Source: Squalus acanthias
Taxonomy: Eukaryota
Direction: 5' to 3'
NCBI GenBank assembly: GCA_030390025.1
Contig: CM059432.1
Location: 59,150,001 to 59,214,000 of the forward strand
DNA: 64,000 nucleotides
Position numbers and translations under genes: made by a program. The notes under the pieces were generated by a model, which saw only the letters and a list, made by a program, of their open reading frames with translations, had not been told where the DNA came from and searched no databases. Shown in pieces: positions 1-13,500 of the stretch. How positions within the stretch are numbered: position 1 is the first letter of the stretch; the number at the start of each line of letters is the position of its first letter.

Positions 1-44
1 GGCAATGATTTAGCTTCATTCTGTGTTTGAAGTGGTTCCCATAC

Positions 45-217
45 CTTGCTGTGTGAACAAATTGCTGAACCTAAAAGTTTCCATGTGCCTCCTCTCCGGT
101 CCATTCGCAACATGCGCAGTATTTGTAGAAAACGTAAGCTTCGCAGAGATGTCGCCACTATGTTCTGCAGTGTCCCCACTGCAACAATCACCACAGAACC
201 AATCAGGACGATGATAT
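45..217 (-). CDS. KCNQ3: KCNQ3 (Kv7.3) coding exon 4: S3, S4 voltage sensor and S4-S5 linker
   Basis: Minus strand tctag|ATATCATC...CACAGCAAG|gtatgg, 173 bp. Translates (D)[66 protein letters not shown] (not ATSALRSLRF), RMLRMD and GSAIC are KCNQ3-type. Phase matches exon 3. Confidence 0.95.
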
Positions 218-330
218 CTAGACAGATACAAAGAAAATACTGGGGTGTGAGCAATACCTTGGCCGTAATCCAAGATCCACCAAGACTTCAGGAACAGTTT
301 GAATCAGATTCTTCAAAGACTGCCTATGTA

Positions 331-745
331 TCAGCTGTGGCTCAGTGGGTAGCACTCTCGCCTCTGAGTCAGAAGGTTGTAGGCTCCCGTCCCACTCCAG
401 AGACTTGAGCATAAAATCTAGGCTGACACTCCAGTGCAGTACTGAAGGAGTGCTGCACTGTCGGGGGTGCTGCCTTTCAGGTGAGGTGTTAAACCAAGGC
501 CCCATCTGCCCTCTCAGGTAGGCGTAAAAGATCCCATGCTACTATTTTGAAGAAGAGCATGGGAGTTGTGCCCGTGTCCTGGCCTATATTTATCCCTCAA
601 CCAACCTCACTAAAACAGATTATCGGGTCATTCCTGTTTGTGGGACAATTACTGTGCGCAATTTGGCTGCGGCATTTCCGACATTGCAATAGTGACTACA
701 CTTCACAAGTAGTTAATTGGATGTAAAGCGCTTTGGGATGTCGTC
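331..745 (+). mobile_element. tRNA-derived Deu-domain SINE (SacSINE1-like)
   Basis: tRNA-like head tggctcagtgggtagcactc, central aagatcccatg..gaagaagagca..gtgtcctggcc core, and L2-like tail gtaaagcgctttggga. Related copies at 5820-6055 and 44590-45315. Confidence 0.8.
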
Positions 746-1409
746 CTGGAAGCAGTCCTGGATACATTCTAAAAAACATTCCCTACTTTGCACTTTCTTT
801 ATTTTGGGATGGTGAAAATCACCCAATATTTATCACCCTGTTGTTCTTATCTAACTCTCTGCTCTGACCCCATCTATCTCATCTCCACTTTTGGTGGCCT
901 GCAATGCACACGAAGCATTCTACCATTTCTCTTTTTATTTCTTAACTCTATTAATATTAAGGCCCAATATTTACGGGGCTGCGCGTTTGGAGCATGGGTG
1001 GGAGAAGTTATGGATGGGAAACCCGGAGTACAGATTTCCCGAACGTCCTGTAGTTATTAAATTTGTTCTCCAGGTTTCCCACCCGATAGCCAGTCTGATT
1101 GACAGGCTGGCTGCCGCTAAGGTGGGAAAGCCTGCAGCAGAAGGACACAGCAGGTAGGGAGGCAGGGAGAGATATCGCGGTCGAGGGTCTAGTTGGGGGG
1201 ATGGTGGTCATGGGGGCAAGATGGTGGTCGGGAAGGGATCTGATCGATGGGGGTGGATATGGTGGTCAGGGCGGTGGAGATGGTGGGCGGTGGGGGGTTG
1301 TCCAATCATGGGGGAATGGAGATGGTAGACAGGGGGGGTTCCAATCCTGGGGGGGAGAGGGGGAGCAAGACCGCAGGGGTGCGGGGGGTGGTTTACAGGG
1401 TAGCTTGCA

Positions 1410-2065
1410 TTTTTTATTCATTCATGGGATGTGGCCAGCATTTATTACTCATTCCTAATTGCCCTTGAGAAGGTGGTGGTGAGCTGCTGCAGTCCGTGAG
1501 GTGAAGATTCTGCCACAGTGCTGTTAGGGAGGGAGTTCCAGGATTTGGACCCAGCGACGATGAAGGAACGGCGATATATTTCCAATTAAGGGTGGTGTGT
1601 GACTTGGCGGGCAACTTACAGGTGGTGGTGTTCCCATGCGCCTGCTGCCCTTGTCCTTCTAGGTGGTAGAGGTCGCGGGTTTGGGAGATGCTGCCAAAGA
1701 TGCCTTGGCAAGTTGCTGCAGTGCATCTTGTAGATGGTACACACTGCAGCCACAGTGCACCGGTGGTGGAGGGAGTGAATGTTTAAGGTGGTGAATGGGG
1801 TGCCAATCAAGTGGCCTGCTTTGTCCTGGATGGTGTCGAGCTTCTTGAGTGTTGTTGGAGCTGCACTCATCCAGGCAAGTGGAAAGTATTCCAGCACACT
1901 CCCAACTTGTGCCTAATAGATAGTGGAAAGGCTTTGGGGAGTCAGTAGGTGAGTCACTCGCTGTAGAATACCCAGCCTCTGACCTGCTCTTGTAGCCACA
2001 GTATTTATATGGCAGGTCTAGTTAAATTTCTGGTCAATGGTAACCCCCAGGATGTTGATGGTGGA
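1410..2065 (-). mobile_element. 3' fragment of CR1-group LINE (family B)
   Basis: Minus-strand ORF EYFPLAWMSAAPTTLKKLDTIQDKA..., highly similar to 46586-47690, 23497-23975 and 50175-52105. Confidence 0.8.
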
Positions 2066-4975
2066 TGGTGTTGGGCCTGGAGGAAACACTTCTGCTCCTC
2101 CTGGCCCACAAGCATTGCTGTAAAGGCACTTACCGTATGGATCCAGCCCTTCTGGAAGATAAACACGTGGTTGAAGGAGTGGTTTGGGAAAGAGGGGTTC
2201 CATTTCATGGGGCACTGGCACCAGTATTGGGACAGGAATGAACTGTACCGTTGGGACAGGCTCCATCTGAACTGGGCTGGGACCAGGGTCCTAGCTGAAA
2301 GGATAAATAGGGCGGTCACAAGGACTTTAAACTAGTAAATGGGGGGAGGGTTCAGGTGGAAAATGTAGTATAAATAATAGTTCAAAAACAAGCGAAAGGG
2401 AAGAGAGTAGAGTAACAGTCAGAAATTGTGCTTTAGACACGACAGATAAAGGGAAAACTAAAAGATGTAAAGTAATTAAAGCAGGAGAGAGAAATAAGAT
2501 ACACGTGAGTAAAACATTCGAGGTGAAGGACAGACTAGGGTGTGTGGCCCAAATAAGCGTTCTTTATACAAACGCATGGAGTATAAGGAATAAATTGAAT
2601 GAACTGCAGGCGCAAATTCAACTTGGAGGGTATGACATGGTAACCATTACTGAGACATGGCTGCAAGATGGTCAGGACTGGGAACTAAATATACCAGGTT
2701 AGAAGGTCTGCAGGAAAGATAGGGAAAATGGTATAGCGGGAGGAGTAGCCTTAGTGATTAACATAGTTAACATAGTGTTTGAAAGGGAGAAACGTGAAAC
2801 AGCTACTAAGATTCTAGATTTAGGTAAGGCTGACTTCAAAGGGATGAGACGGAGACTGTCCACAGTAAACTGGTCAAATCTGTTAATGGGTAAAACGACA
2901 GAAGATCAGTGGGAAGTGTTCCAAGAAGAATTTAAGCTGATACAGAACCAGTTTATACCCGAGGGGCAAGAGCTCTACTTGCCAATAAAAAAGCCATGGA
3001 CGACTAAAGAGGTAAGAGAAAACATAAAACTAAAAGAAAAAGCATACAAAGATGCAAAAAATAGCACAGATTCTGGCAAGTGGCAAAGATATAAAGAACA
3101 GCAAAGAGTGACAAAACAGATAGTAAGAGCTACAAAAGGGAGTATGAAAGGAAACTAGCAAGGGATATCAAAGTCAACACACATTTTTTTTACAATTATA
3201 TTAGGAAAAAGAGGGTGGTCAGGAGCAATGTTGGCCCCTTGAAAATTGAGAACGGTGATATTATCAATGATAATAAGGAAATGGCGGACATGTTCAATAA
3301 TTACTTTGTGTCAGTATTTACAGTACAGGAAGAGGATAACATGCTGGAAATCCCAAGGAAACTAATATTGAATCATGGACAGGGACTCAATAAAATTAAC
3401 GTAAGAAAATTAACAGAATCAAAGAAAATAATGACACTAAAGAGTGACAAATCCCAAGGACCAGATGGTTTCCATCCCAGGGATTTAAAGGAAGTAGGTG
3501 AGCACATTGCAGATGCCCTAACTATAACTTTCCAAAGTTCTCTCGCTTCAGGAACCGTTCCTTTAGATTGGAAAATTGCGCATGTCACTCCGCTATTTAA
3601 GAATGGTGGGAGAGGGAAACCAAGGAATTATAGACAGTTAGCCTAACATCTGTTGTCGGGAAATTACTAGACTCTATAATTAAGGATAGGGTGACTGAAC
3701 ACCTCGAAAATTTTCAGCTGATCAGAGACAGCCAGCATTGATTTGTAAAATATTTTTTGAAGAGGGGACTAAAGTAGTGGTGGGGAATTTCTATGGATGT
3801 TATTTATATGGACTTCCAGAAGGCATTTAATAAAGTCCCTCATAAGAGACTGTTAACTAAGGTTGAAGCCCATAGAATTGAGGGCAAATTATTGACCTGG
3901 TTAGGAAATTGGCTGAGCGGCAGGAGACAGGGAGTAGGGATAATGGGCAGGTACTCCAATTAGCAGGATGTGACTTGTGGTGTCCTGCAGGGATCTGTGT
4001 TGGGGCCTCAACTATTCACAGTATTTATTAACAACTTAGATGATGGGATAGAAAGCCATATATCCAAATTTGCCGAAGATACAAAGATAGGCGGCATTGT
4101 AGGCAATTGTAGAAGTATAAAATTAGAAAGAGATATTAATAGATTAAGCGAATGGGCAAAACTGTGACAAATGGATTTCAGTGTAGACAAATGTGAGGTC
4201 ATCCACTTTGGACCTAAAAAGGATAGAACAGGGTACTTTCTAAATGGTGAAATGCTAATAACAGTGGCGGTCCAAAGACACTTGGGGGGTCCAGGTACAT
4301 AGATCATTAAAATGTCATGAACAGGTACAGAAAATAATCAAAAAGGCTAATGGAATGCTGGCCTTTATATCTAGAGGACTAGAATACAAGGGGGTAGAAG
4401 TTATGCTGCAGCTATACAAAACCCTGGTTAGACCACACCTGGAGTACTGTGAGCAGTTCTGGGCACCAAACCTTAGGAAGGATGTATTGGCCTTGGAGGG
4501 AGTGCAGCGTAGATTTACCAGAATGATATCTGGACTGCAAGGGTTAAATTACGAGGGGAAATTACACAAACTAGGGTTGTATTACCTGGAATTTAGAAGG
4601 TTAAGGGGTGATTTGATCGAAGTTTTCAAGATATTAAGGGGAACTGATCGGGTAGATAGAGAGAAACTATTTCCGCTAGTTTGGGAGTCTAGGACTAGTC
4701 TCAAAGTTAGAGCCAGACCTTTCAGGAGTGAAATTAGGAAACACTTCTACACACAAGGGTGGTAGAAGTTTTGAACTCTCTTCCGCATACAGCAATTAAT
4801 GCTAGATCAATTGTTAATTTTAAATCGGAGATTGCTAGATTTTCGTTAACCAAAGGTATTAAGGGATATGGGCCAAAGGCGGGTAGATGGAGTTAAGTCG
4901 CAGATCAGCCATGATCTCATTGAATGGCGGAACAGACTCGAAGGCCTAAATGACCTACTCCTGTTCCTATGTTCT
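2066..4975 (+). mobile_element. 5'-truncated decayed CR1 LINE (ORF1 esterase end plus disrupted ORF2 EN/RT)
   Basis: DRLHLN..GT motif of CR1 ORF1, YTNAWSIRNK..ITETWL endonuclease, and GVLQGSVLGP / KFAEDTKI RT motifs. CR1 3' UTR ends ...cctactcctgttcctatg. Frameshifts and deletions present. Confidence 0.9.
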
Positions 4976-5819
4976 CCCCTCCTTTTACCTGCCAGGTTTC
5001 CCGAGACCCGGGAATCCCAGCCAGCATGGGTTAAAAATAGAAACACTGTTAAAATGAAGGCAGGCAGCCTCCTTAAAAGGTTTCAATGACCAATCCGCCT
5101 CCTGTGAGCGGAGTAGTTGCCCACCCCTCGTCACGCCTCCATTAAAACTGGAAGTGGGCGGGTTCGAGGTGAGTTGTGTTCCTGTTGCAGATTTTTAACT
5201 TTTCAACCACCCACCCGACCCAAACCCATCCATTTTTGGGGGTTAAAATTACCCTCTAATTCTTTCTTAACACAACCCCCCAGGGCACCCTTAGCGCTGT
5301 AATATAACCTTCAGGAACACTGCCACTCACCCCTTTTCCCTCACTATCGCTCCTGAAAATGTTATAACCAATAATATTAAATTCCCAGTTCTGTCTAAAC
5401 ATAAGACAAGTCTCCAGAATAGCTACTATATATCATTCCATTTTTATTAATGCTTTTAACTCCAATTTTTTTTATGAATGCTTTTTGCATTCACATATAT
5501 ACCACTCAATCCTGATTCCAATTTTGGGGGATTTTGAGGGGAAAAACACAGCCTGTTCGTCCCCTTTCTCTGGTAATATTTTCTCGCTATTTATTTCATC
5601 TAAGCCTTCTGTTTCTATTCTAACAGCTTTATCAAAACTGCTCTCCTTCTAGTCTTAAATCCAGACTTTCTCCAACCTCTGCCATATTAGTTTAATTCCT
5701 CCCCTAGAGCCCAATTTACTCTCTCCCCAAGGATATTCGTGTCCTTTCTGCTCAGGGTAAACCACCCTTCAATATAGCCTTCCCTTCTTCCAGACTTGTG
5801 TGCATAACCTAAGCCAACA

Positions 5820-6055
5820 CGACAGTGCAGTACTGAGGAAGTTGAAAGGGCTGTGCTTCAGATGAGGTATTAGTTCAAGTGCATGTTTAAGATCCATGGC
5901 ACTATTCAAAGAAGAGCAGTGGTGGCCAACATTCCTCCCTCAAACCATGAGCTGGTCATTTATTTAATTGTTGATGAAGCAGAATGGTTGCTGCCCCTGC
6001 TTAGACAACAGTTACTATATTCCAAAGAAATTCATTGTGGGAAGCACTTTCAGAT
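5820..6055 (+). mobile_element. Degenerate SacSINE1-like SINE fragment
   Basis: cagtgcagtactgagg..gatccatggcactattcaaagaagagcag matches the core of the SINE at 331-745. Confidence 0.6.
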
Positions 6056-6060
6056 AGATT

Positions 6061-6820
6061 GGGCCAGATTTTGAGCTCAGCAGTGAATGAACAGCGGCAC
6101 ACGTGTACTGAACCACAGACCTTTTATAGGCTTTTGTACTGGAAGTTCCTGTCAACCAACTATCTAAAAAGCACACTGCCCTCTACTGGGCACCTGGGAC
6201 CTGTGTGAACAACTGTGTATCTCCTTAGCCAATCAGATTGAAGAATAGTTAATGCACAGTGAAAAATCTGATCCAGGAAGTGTCAGAATATTTAATTCAA
6301 TGTCAAATCAGGGACAGAAAGTGAAATAAAGAGAGGGAAAGAAAGATTGGATTAAAAGAGAGACAGAAAAGAGACAGAAAGAAAAAGAAAAAAAATACAT
6401 TTCTTTATTTTTTTTTAATCTCCAACAATAATTAAAATCTGAAGGAATGAGACTCCACTCTTGTAAATAGTTAATTTTCAGTGTCAGAGAAGTTGTTTGG
6501 CAATAATTAAGATTAATCACACCATTAAAAGGGTACATACACTGAAATGGACAAGCCCCAACATTTCCTGGCGAACTTAGTGCATATATATCATATATCA
6601 GGTAAGTACAGCAACTGCACACCATGTTCCATGTATTTCAATATTTTAATAGTCACCAGTACCGCACAGCTTCTGGAGGAGCTGGACATCTCGGACAGCA
6701 ACTTTCTGATTTACGCATTAACTGCTCATGTGCAGTCATTGGAGGTTGCTGTCCAATTTACATTTTAATAACAGTGAGCACTGTTAGCCACACCATTACC
6801 TTTACCACAAAATCCGGCCT
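6061..6820. mobile_element. Non-autonomous Harbinger-type DNA transposon (MITE)
   Basis: TIRs GGGCCAGATTTTG / CAAAATCCGGCCT with ATT on both flanks. An inverted partial relative lies at 45460-45979. Confidence 0.7.
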
Positions 6821-7019
6821 ATTGACAGTGAAATAAGGAGCTATGCAAATGACAGTATTTATTATTCTTTCTTTCCTCAGAGCAATATTTGATGATGAAG
6901 ATCAGCAACTCACCATTGCATATAAGCCGAGGTAAAACAACGATCTGAGTTAATTCTTCACGATTGTATCGAAAAGGGAATTTTATTTCTTTGTTATTGC
7001 CAATAAAACAACTACTGAC

Positions 7020-7146
7020 CTAGGATACATAAAGGCTTTCTGATAAATTTCAGACGGCCTTTCCATCCTCTGTATCGGCAGCAGCAGCCAGCTGACCAGA
7101 CCCGGAGACCAAATTCTAATCCAAACACGACGATAGTAACAGCTTC
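7020..7146 (-). CDS. KCNQ3: KCNQ3 coding exon 3: S2 and S2-S3 linker
   Basis: Minus strand ttttaaacag|GAAGCTGTT...TATCCTAG|gtcagt, 127 bp. Translates [42 protein letters not shown](D), containing the KCNQ triple-Cys motif. Not listed in the ORF track. Confidence 0.95.
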
Positions 7147-7539
7147 CTGTTTAAAAAAAAAAACACACACATCAGATATATCTTGTTACAAAGTATTACA
7201 ACTTAATATCACTGCTAAACCAACGTTAAATTTCAACTAATTATAAATTCATTAAGCAGTACAGGCCCTCTGCAGCTTTCAAAATACATGACTGCCGATG
7301 TCTAAATTCTGGATATGAAAACCAGTTAGAAATCAATCATTGTGAATAAGTTTCTTGAAACACAGGAACATAACAGCAACAGCAAGCCGAACCTCTACAA
7401 GTTAAAAAAAATTGATCTAAAACTGCATCAAGTAGAATCACGTGGTGAACAGTCAAAACATTTATTCTGAAGAGAGCTTCGGAGCAATCAAGGTGACAAA
7501 GCAAAAGACAACGGTTTGATCATCAGTGCAACAAGAGAG

Positions 7540-10500
7540 AGGTGTAGAAGAGTGAGGTACATCGAGTGTAGGTGAGTGATGTATGTGGAGGAGTAGACGA
7601 GTGACGCATGTAGAGGTGCAGGTGAGTGAAGTTTGCAGAGGTGTAGGTGAGTGAACTGTGTAGAGGTGCAGGTGAGTGAAGTGTGTAGTGGTGTAGGTGA
7701 GTGATGTGTGTAGAGGTGTAGGTGAGTGATGTATGTGGAGGTGTAGGTGAGTGAAGTGTGTAGAGGTGTAGGTGAGTGATGTATGTGGAGGTGTAGGTGA
7801 GTGAAGTGTGTAGAGGTGTAGGTGAGTGATGTATGTGGAGGTGTAGGTGAGTGAAGTGCGTAGAGGTGTAGGTGAGTGAAGTTTGTCGAGGTGTAGGTGA
7901 GTGAAGTTTGTAGTGGTGTAGGTGAGTGAACTGTGTAGAGGTGCAGGTGAGAGAAGTGTGTAGGGTGCAGGTGAGTGATGTGTGTTGAGGTGTAGGTGAG
8001 TGAAGTGTGTAGACGTGTAGGTGAGTGAATTGTGTACAGGTGCAGGTGAGTGATGTATGTAGAGGTGTAGGTGAGAGTTGGGTGTAGAGGTGTAGGTGAG
8101 TGAATTGTGTACAGGTGTAGGTGAGTGATGTGTGTAGAGGTGTAGGTGAGTGAAGTGTGTAGTGGTGTAGGTGAGTGATGTGTGTAGAGGTGTAGGTGAG
8201 TGATGTATGTGGAGGTGTAGGTGAGTGAAGTGTGTAGAGGTGTAGGTGAGTGATGTATGTGGAGGTGTAGGTGAGTGAAGTGTGTAGAGGTGTAGGTGAG
8301 TGAAGTTTGTCGAGGTGTAGGTGAGTGAAGTTTGTAGAGGTGTAGGTGAGTGAAGTGTGTAGAGGTGTAGGTGAGTGAAGTGTGTCGAGGTGTAGGTGAG
8401 TGATGTGTGTAGAGGTGTAGGTGAGTGAAGTGTGTGGAGGTGTAGGTGAGTGATGTGTGGAGGTGTAGGTGAGTGAGGTGTGTAGAGGTGTAGGTGAGTG
8501 AAGTGTGTAGAGGTGTAGGTGAGTGAAGTGTGTCGAGCTGTAGGTGAGTGAAGTTTGTAGAGGAGTAGGTGAGTGAAGTGTGTCGAGGTGTAGGTGAGTG
8601 ATGTGTGGAGGTGTAGGTGAGTGATGTGTTTAGAGGTGTAGGTGAGTGATGTGTGTAGAGGTGTAGGTGAGTGATGTGTGGAGGTGTAGGTGAGTGAAGT
8701 GTATAGAGGTGTCAGTGAGTGAAGTGTGTAGAGGTGTAGGTGAGTGAAGTGTGTAGAGGTGCAGGTGAGTGATGTGTGTAGAGGTGTAGGTGAGTGATGT
8801 GTGGAGGTGTAGGTGAGTGAAGTGTGTAGAGATGTAGGTGAGTGAAGTGTGTAGAGATGTAGGTGAGTGATGTGTGTAGAGATGTAGGTGAGTGATGTGT
8901 GCAGAGGTGTAGGTGAGTGATGTGTGTAGAGGTGTAGGTGAGTGAAGTGTGGAGGTGTAGGTGAGTGAAGTGTGTAGAGGTGTAGGTGAGTGAAGTGTGT
9001 CGAGGTGCAGGTGAGTGAAGTGTGTAGAGGTGCAGGTGAGTGATGTGTGTAGAGGTGTAGGTGAGTGAAGTGTGTAGAGGTGTAGGTGAGTGAAGTTTGT
9101 GGAGGAGGAGGTGAGATAAGTGTGCAGAGGTTAGGTGAGTGATGTGTGTAGAGGTGTAGGTGAGTGAAGTGTGTACAGGTGTAGGCGAGTGATGTGTGTA
9201 GAGGTGTAGGTGAGTGAAGTGTGTAGAGGTGTAGGTGAGTGAAGTGTGTAGAGGTGTAGGTGAGTGAAGTGTGTAGAGGTGTAGGTGAGTGAAGTGTATA
9301 GAGGTGTAGGAGAGTGAAGTGTGTAGAGGTGTAGGTGAGTGAAGTGTGTAGAGGTGCAGGTGAGTGATGTGTGTAGAGGTGTAGGTGAGTGAAGTGTGTA
9401 GAGGTGTAGGGGAGTGAACTTTGTCGAGGTGTAGGTGAGTGAAGTTTGTAGAGGTGTAGGTGAGTGAAGTTTGTCGAGGTGTAGGTGAGTGAAGTTTGTA
9501 GAGGTGTAGGTGAGTGAAGTTTGTCGAGGTGTAGGTGAGTGAATTTTGTAGAGGAGTAGGTGAGTGCAGTTTGTAGAGGTGTAGGTGAGTGATGTGTGTA
9601 GAGGTGTAGGTGAGTGATGTCTGTAGAGGTGTAGGTGAGTGAAGTGTGGAGGTGTAGGTGAGTGATGTATGTAGAGGTGTAGGTGAGTGATGTATGTAGA
9701 GGTGTAGGTGAGTGATGTGTGGAGGTGTAGGTGAGTGAGGTGTGTAGGTGAGTGATGTGTGTAGAGGTGTAGGTGACTGAAGTGTGTAGAGGTGTAGGTT
9801 AGTGATATATGTCAAGGTGTAGGTGAGTGAAGTGTGTAGAGGTGTAGGTGAGTGATGTCTGTAGAGGTGTAGGTGAGTGAAGTGTGGAGGTGTAGGTGAG
9901 TGATGTATGTAGAGGTGTAGGTGAGTGATGTGTGGAGGTGTAGGTGAGTGAGGTGTGTAGGTGAGTGATGTGTGTAGAGGTGTAGGTGACTGAAGTGTGT
10001 AGAGGTGTAGGTTAGTGATATATGTCAAGGTGTAGGTGAGTGAAGTGTGTAGAGGTGTAGGTGAGTGAAGCGTGTAGAGGTGTAGGTGAGTGAGGTGTTA
10101 GAGGTGTAGGTGAGTGATGTGTGTAGAGGAGGAGGTGAGTGAAGTGTGTAGAGGTGTAGGTGAGTGAAGCGTGTAGAGGTGTAGGTGAGTGAAGTGTGTA
10201 GAGGTGTAGGTGAGTGATGTATGTCGAGGAGGAGGTGAGATAAGTGTGTAGAGGTGTAGGTGAGTGATGTGTGTAGAGGTGTAGGTGAGTGAAGTGTGTA
10301 CAGGTGTAGGCGAGTGATGTGTGTAGAGGTGTAGGTGAGTGAAGTGTGTAGAGGTGTAGGTGAGTGAAGTGTGTAGAGGTGTAGGTGAGTGAAGTGTGTA
10401 GAGGTGTAGGTGAGTGAAGTGTATAGAGGTGTAGGAGAGTGAAGTGTGTAGAGGTGTAGGTGAGTGAAGTGTGTAGAGGTGCAGGTGAGTGATGTGTGTA

Positions 10501-13500
10501 GAGGTGTAGGTGAGTGAAGTGTGTAGAGGTGTAGGGGAGTGAACTTTGTCGAGGTGTAGGTGAGTGAAGTTTGTAGAGGTGTAGGTGAGTGAAGTTTGTC
10601 GAGGTGTAGGTGAGTGAAGTTTGTAGAGGTGTAGGTGAGTGAAGTTTGTCGAGGTGTAGGTGAGTGAATTTTGTAGAGGAGTAGGTGAGTGCAGTTTGTA
10701 GAGGTGTAGGTGAGTGATGTGTGTAGAGGTGTAGGTGAGTGATGTATGTAGAGGTGTAGGTGAGTGAAGTGTGGAGGTGTAGGGGAGTGATGTATGTAGA
10801 GGTGTAGGTGAGTGATGTGTGGAGGTGTAGGTGAGTGATGTGTGTAGGTGAGTGATGTGTGTAGAGGTGTAGGTGACTGAAGTGTGTAGAGGTGTAGGTT
10901 AGTGATATATGTCAAGGTGTAGGTGAGTGAAGTGTGTAGAGGTGTAGGTGAGTGAAGCGTGTAGAGGTGTAGGTGAGTGAGGTGTTAGAGGTGTAGGTGA
11001 GTGATGTGTGTAGAGGAGGAGGTGAGTGAAGTGTGTAGAGGTGTAGGTGAGTGAAGCGTGTAGAGGTGTAGGTGAGTGAAGTGTGTAGAGGTGTAGGTGA
11101 GTGATGTATGTCGAGGTGTAGGTGAGTGAAGTGTGTCGAGGTGTAGGTGAGTGATGTGTGTAGAGGTGTAGGTGAGTGATGTGTGTGCAGGTGTAGGTGA
11201 GTGATGTTTGCAGAGGTGTAGGTGAGATAAGTGTGTAGAGGTGTAGGTGAGAGAAGTGTGTAGATGAGTGATGTGTGTAGAGGTGTAGGTGAGTGACGTG
11301 TGTAGAGGTGTGGGTGAGTGAAGTGTGTAGAGGTGTAGGTGAGTGAAGTGTTTAGAGGTGTTGGTGAGTGATGTATGTGGAGGTGTAGGTGAGTGAAGTG
11401 TGTAGAGGTGTAGGTGAGTGAAGTGTGTAGAGGTGTAGGTGAGTGAAGTGTATAGAGGTGTAGGAGAGTGAAGTGTGTAGAGGTGCAGGTGAGTGAAGTG
11501 TGTAGAGGTGCAGGTGAGTGATGTGTGTAGAGGTGTAGGTGAGTGAAGTGTGTAGAGGTGTAGGGGAGTGAACTTTGTCGAGGTGTAGGTGAGTGAAGTT
11601 TGTAGAGGTGTAGGTGAGTGAACTTTGTCGAGGTGTAGGTGAGTGAAGTTTGTAGAGGTGTAGGTGAGTGAAGTTTGTCGAGGTGTAGGTGAGTGATGTG
11701 TGTAGAGGTGTAGGTGAGTGATGTATGTAGAGGTGTAGGTGAGTGAAGTGTGGAGGTGTAGGGGAGTGATGTATGTAGAGGTGTAGGTGAGTGATGTGTG
11801 GAGGTGTAGGTGAGTGATGTGTGTAGGTGAGTGATGTGTGTAGAGGTGTAGGTGACTGAAGTGTGTAGAGGTGTAGGTTAGTGATATATGTCAAGGTGTA
11901 GGTGAGTGAAGTGTGTAGAGGTGTAGGTGAGTGAAGCGTGTAGAGGTGTAGGTGAGTGAAGTGTGTAGAGGTGTAGGTGAGTGATGTATGTCGAGGTGTA
12001 GGTGAGTGAAGTGTGTCGAGGTGTAGGTGAGTGATGTGTGTAGAGGTGTAGGTGAGTGATGTGTGTGCAGGTGTAGGTGAGTGATGTGTGTAGAGGTGTA
12101 GGTGAGATAAGTGTGTAGAGGTGTAGGTGAGAGAAGTGTGTAGATGAGTGATGTGTGTAGAGGTGTAGGTGAGTGATGTTTGCAGAGGTGTAGGTGAGAT
12201 AAGTGTGTTGAGGTGTAGGTGAGAGAAGTGTGTAGATGAGTGATGTGTGTAGAGGTGTAGGTGAGTGACGTGTGTAGAGGTGTGGGTGAGTGAAGTGTGT
12301 AGAGGTGTAGGTGAGTGAAGTGTTGAGAGGTGTTGGTGAGTGATGTATGTGGAGGTGTAGGTGAGTGAAGTGTGTAGAGGTGTAGGTGAGTGAAGTTTGT
12401 CGAGGTGTAGGTGAGTGAAGTTTGTAGAGGTGTAGGTGAGTGAAGTGTGTAGAGGTGTAGGTGAGTGAAGTGTGTACAGGTGTAGGCGAGTGATGTGTGT
12501 AGAGGTGTAGGTGAGTGAAGTGTGTAGAGGTGCAGGTGAGTGATGTGTGTAGAGTTGTAGGTGAGTGAAGTGTGTAGAGGTGTAGGTGAGTGAACTTTGT
12601 CGAGGTGTAGGTGAGTGAAGTTTGTAGAGGTGTAGGTGAGTGAAGTTTGTCGAGGTGTAGGTGAGTGAAGTTTGTAGAGGTGTAGGTGAGAGAAGTTTGT
12701 CGAGGTGTAGGTGAGTGAAGTTTGTAGAGGTGTAGGTGAGTGAAGTGTGTAGAGGTGTAGGTGAGTGAATTTTGTAGAGGAGTAGGTGAGTGCAGTTTGT
12801 AGAGGTGTAGGTGAGTGATGTATGTAGAGGTGTAGGTGAGTGAAGTGTGGAGGTGTAGGTGAGTGATGTATGTAGAGGTGTAGGTGAGTGATGTGTGGAG
12901 GTGTAGGTGAGTGATGTGTGTAGGTGAGTGATGTATGTAGAGGTGTAGGTGAGTGAAGTGTGGAGGTGTAGGTGAGTGATGTATGTAGAGGTGTAGGTGA
13001 GTGATGTGTGGAGGTGTAGGTGAGTGATGTGTGTAGGTGAGTGATGTGTGTAGAGGTGTAGGTGACTGAAGTGTGTAGAGGTGTAGGTTAGTGATATATG
13101 TCGAGGTGTAGGTGAGTGAAGTGTGTAGAGGTGTAGGTGAGTGAAGCGTGTAGAGGTGTAGGTGAGTGAGGTGTTAGAGGTGTAGGTGAGTGATGTGTGT
13201 AGAGGAGGAGGTGAGTGAAGTGTGTAGAGGTGTAGGTGAGTGAAGTGTGTCGAGGTGTAGGTGAGTGAAGTGTGTCGAGGTGTAGGTGAGTGATATGTGT
13301 AGAGCTGTAGGTGAGTGAAGTGTGTAGAGGTGTAGGTGAGTGATGTATGTCGAGGTGTAGGTGAGTGAAGTGTGTCGAGGTGTAGGTGAGTGATGTGTGT
13401 AGAGGTGTAGGTGAGTGATGTGTGTGCAGGTGTAGGTGAGTGATGTGTTTAGAGGTGTAGGTGAGATAAGTGTGTAGAGGTGTAGGTGAGAGAAGTGTGT

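Noticed and set aside
331..410. tRNA gene
   Set aside because: The tRNA-like A/B boxes are the head of a SINE and continue into the Deu core and LINE-like tail.
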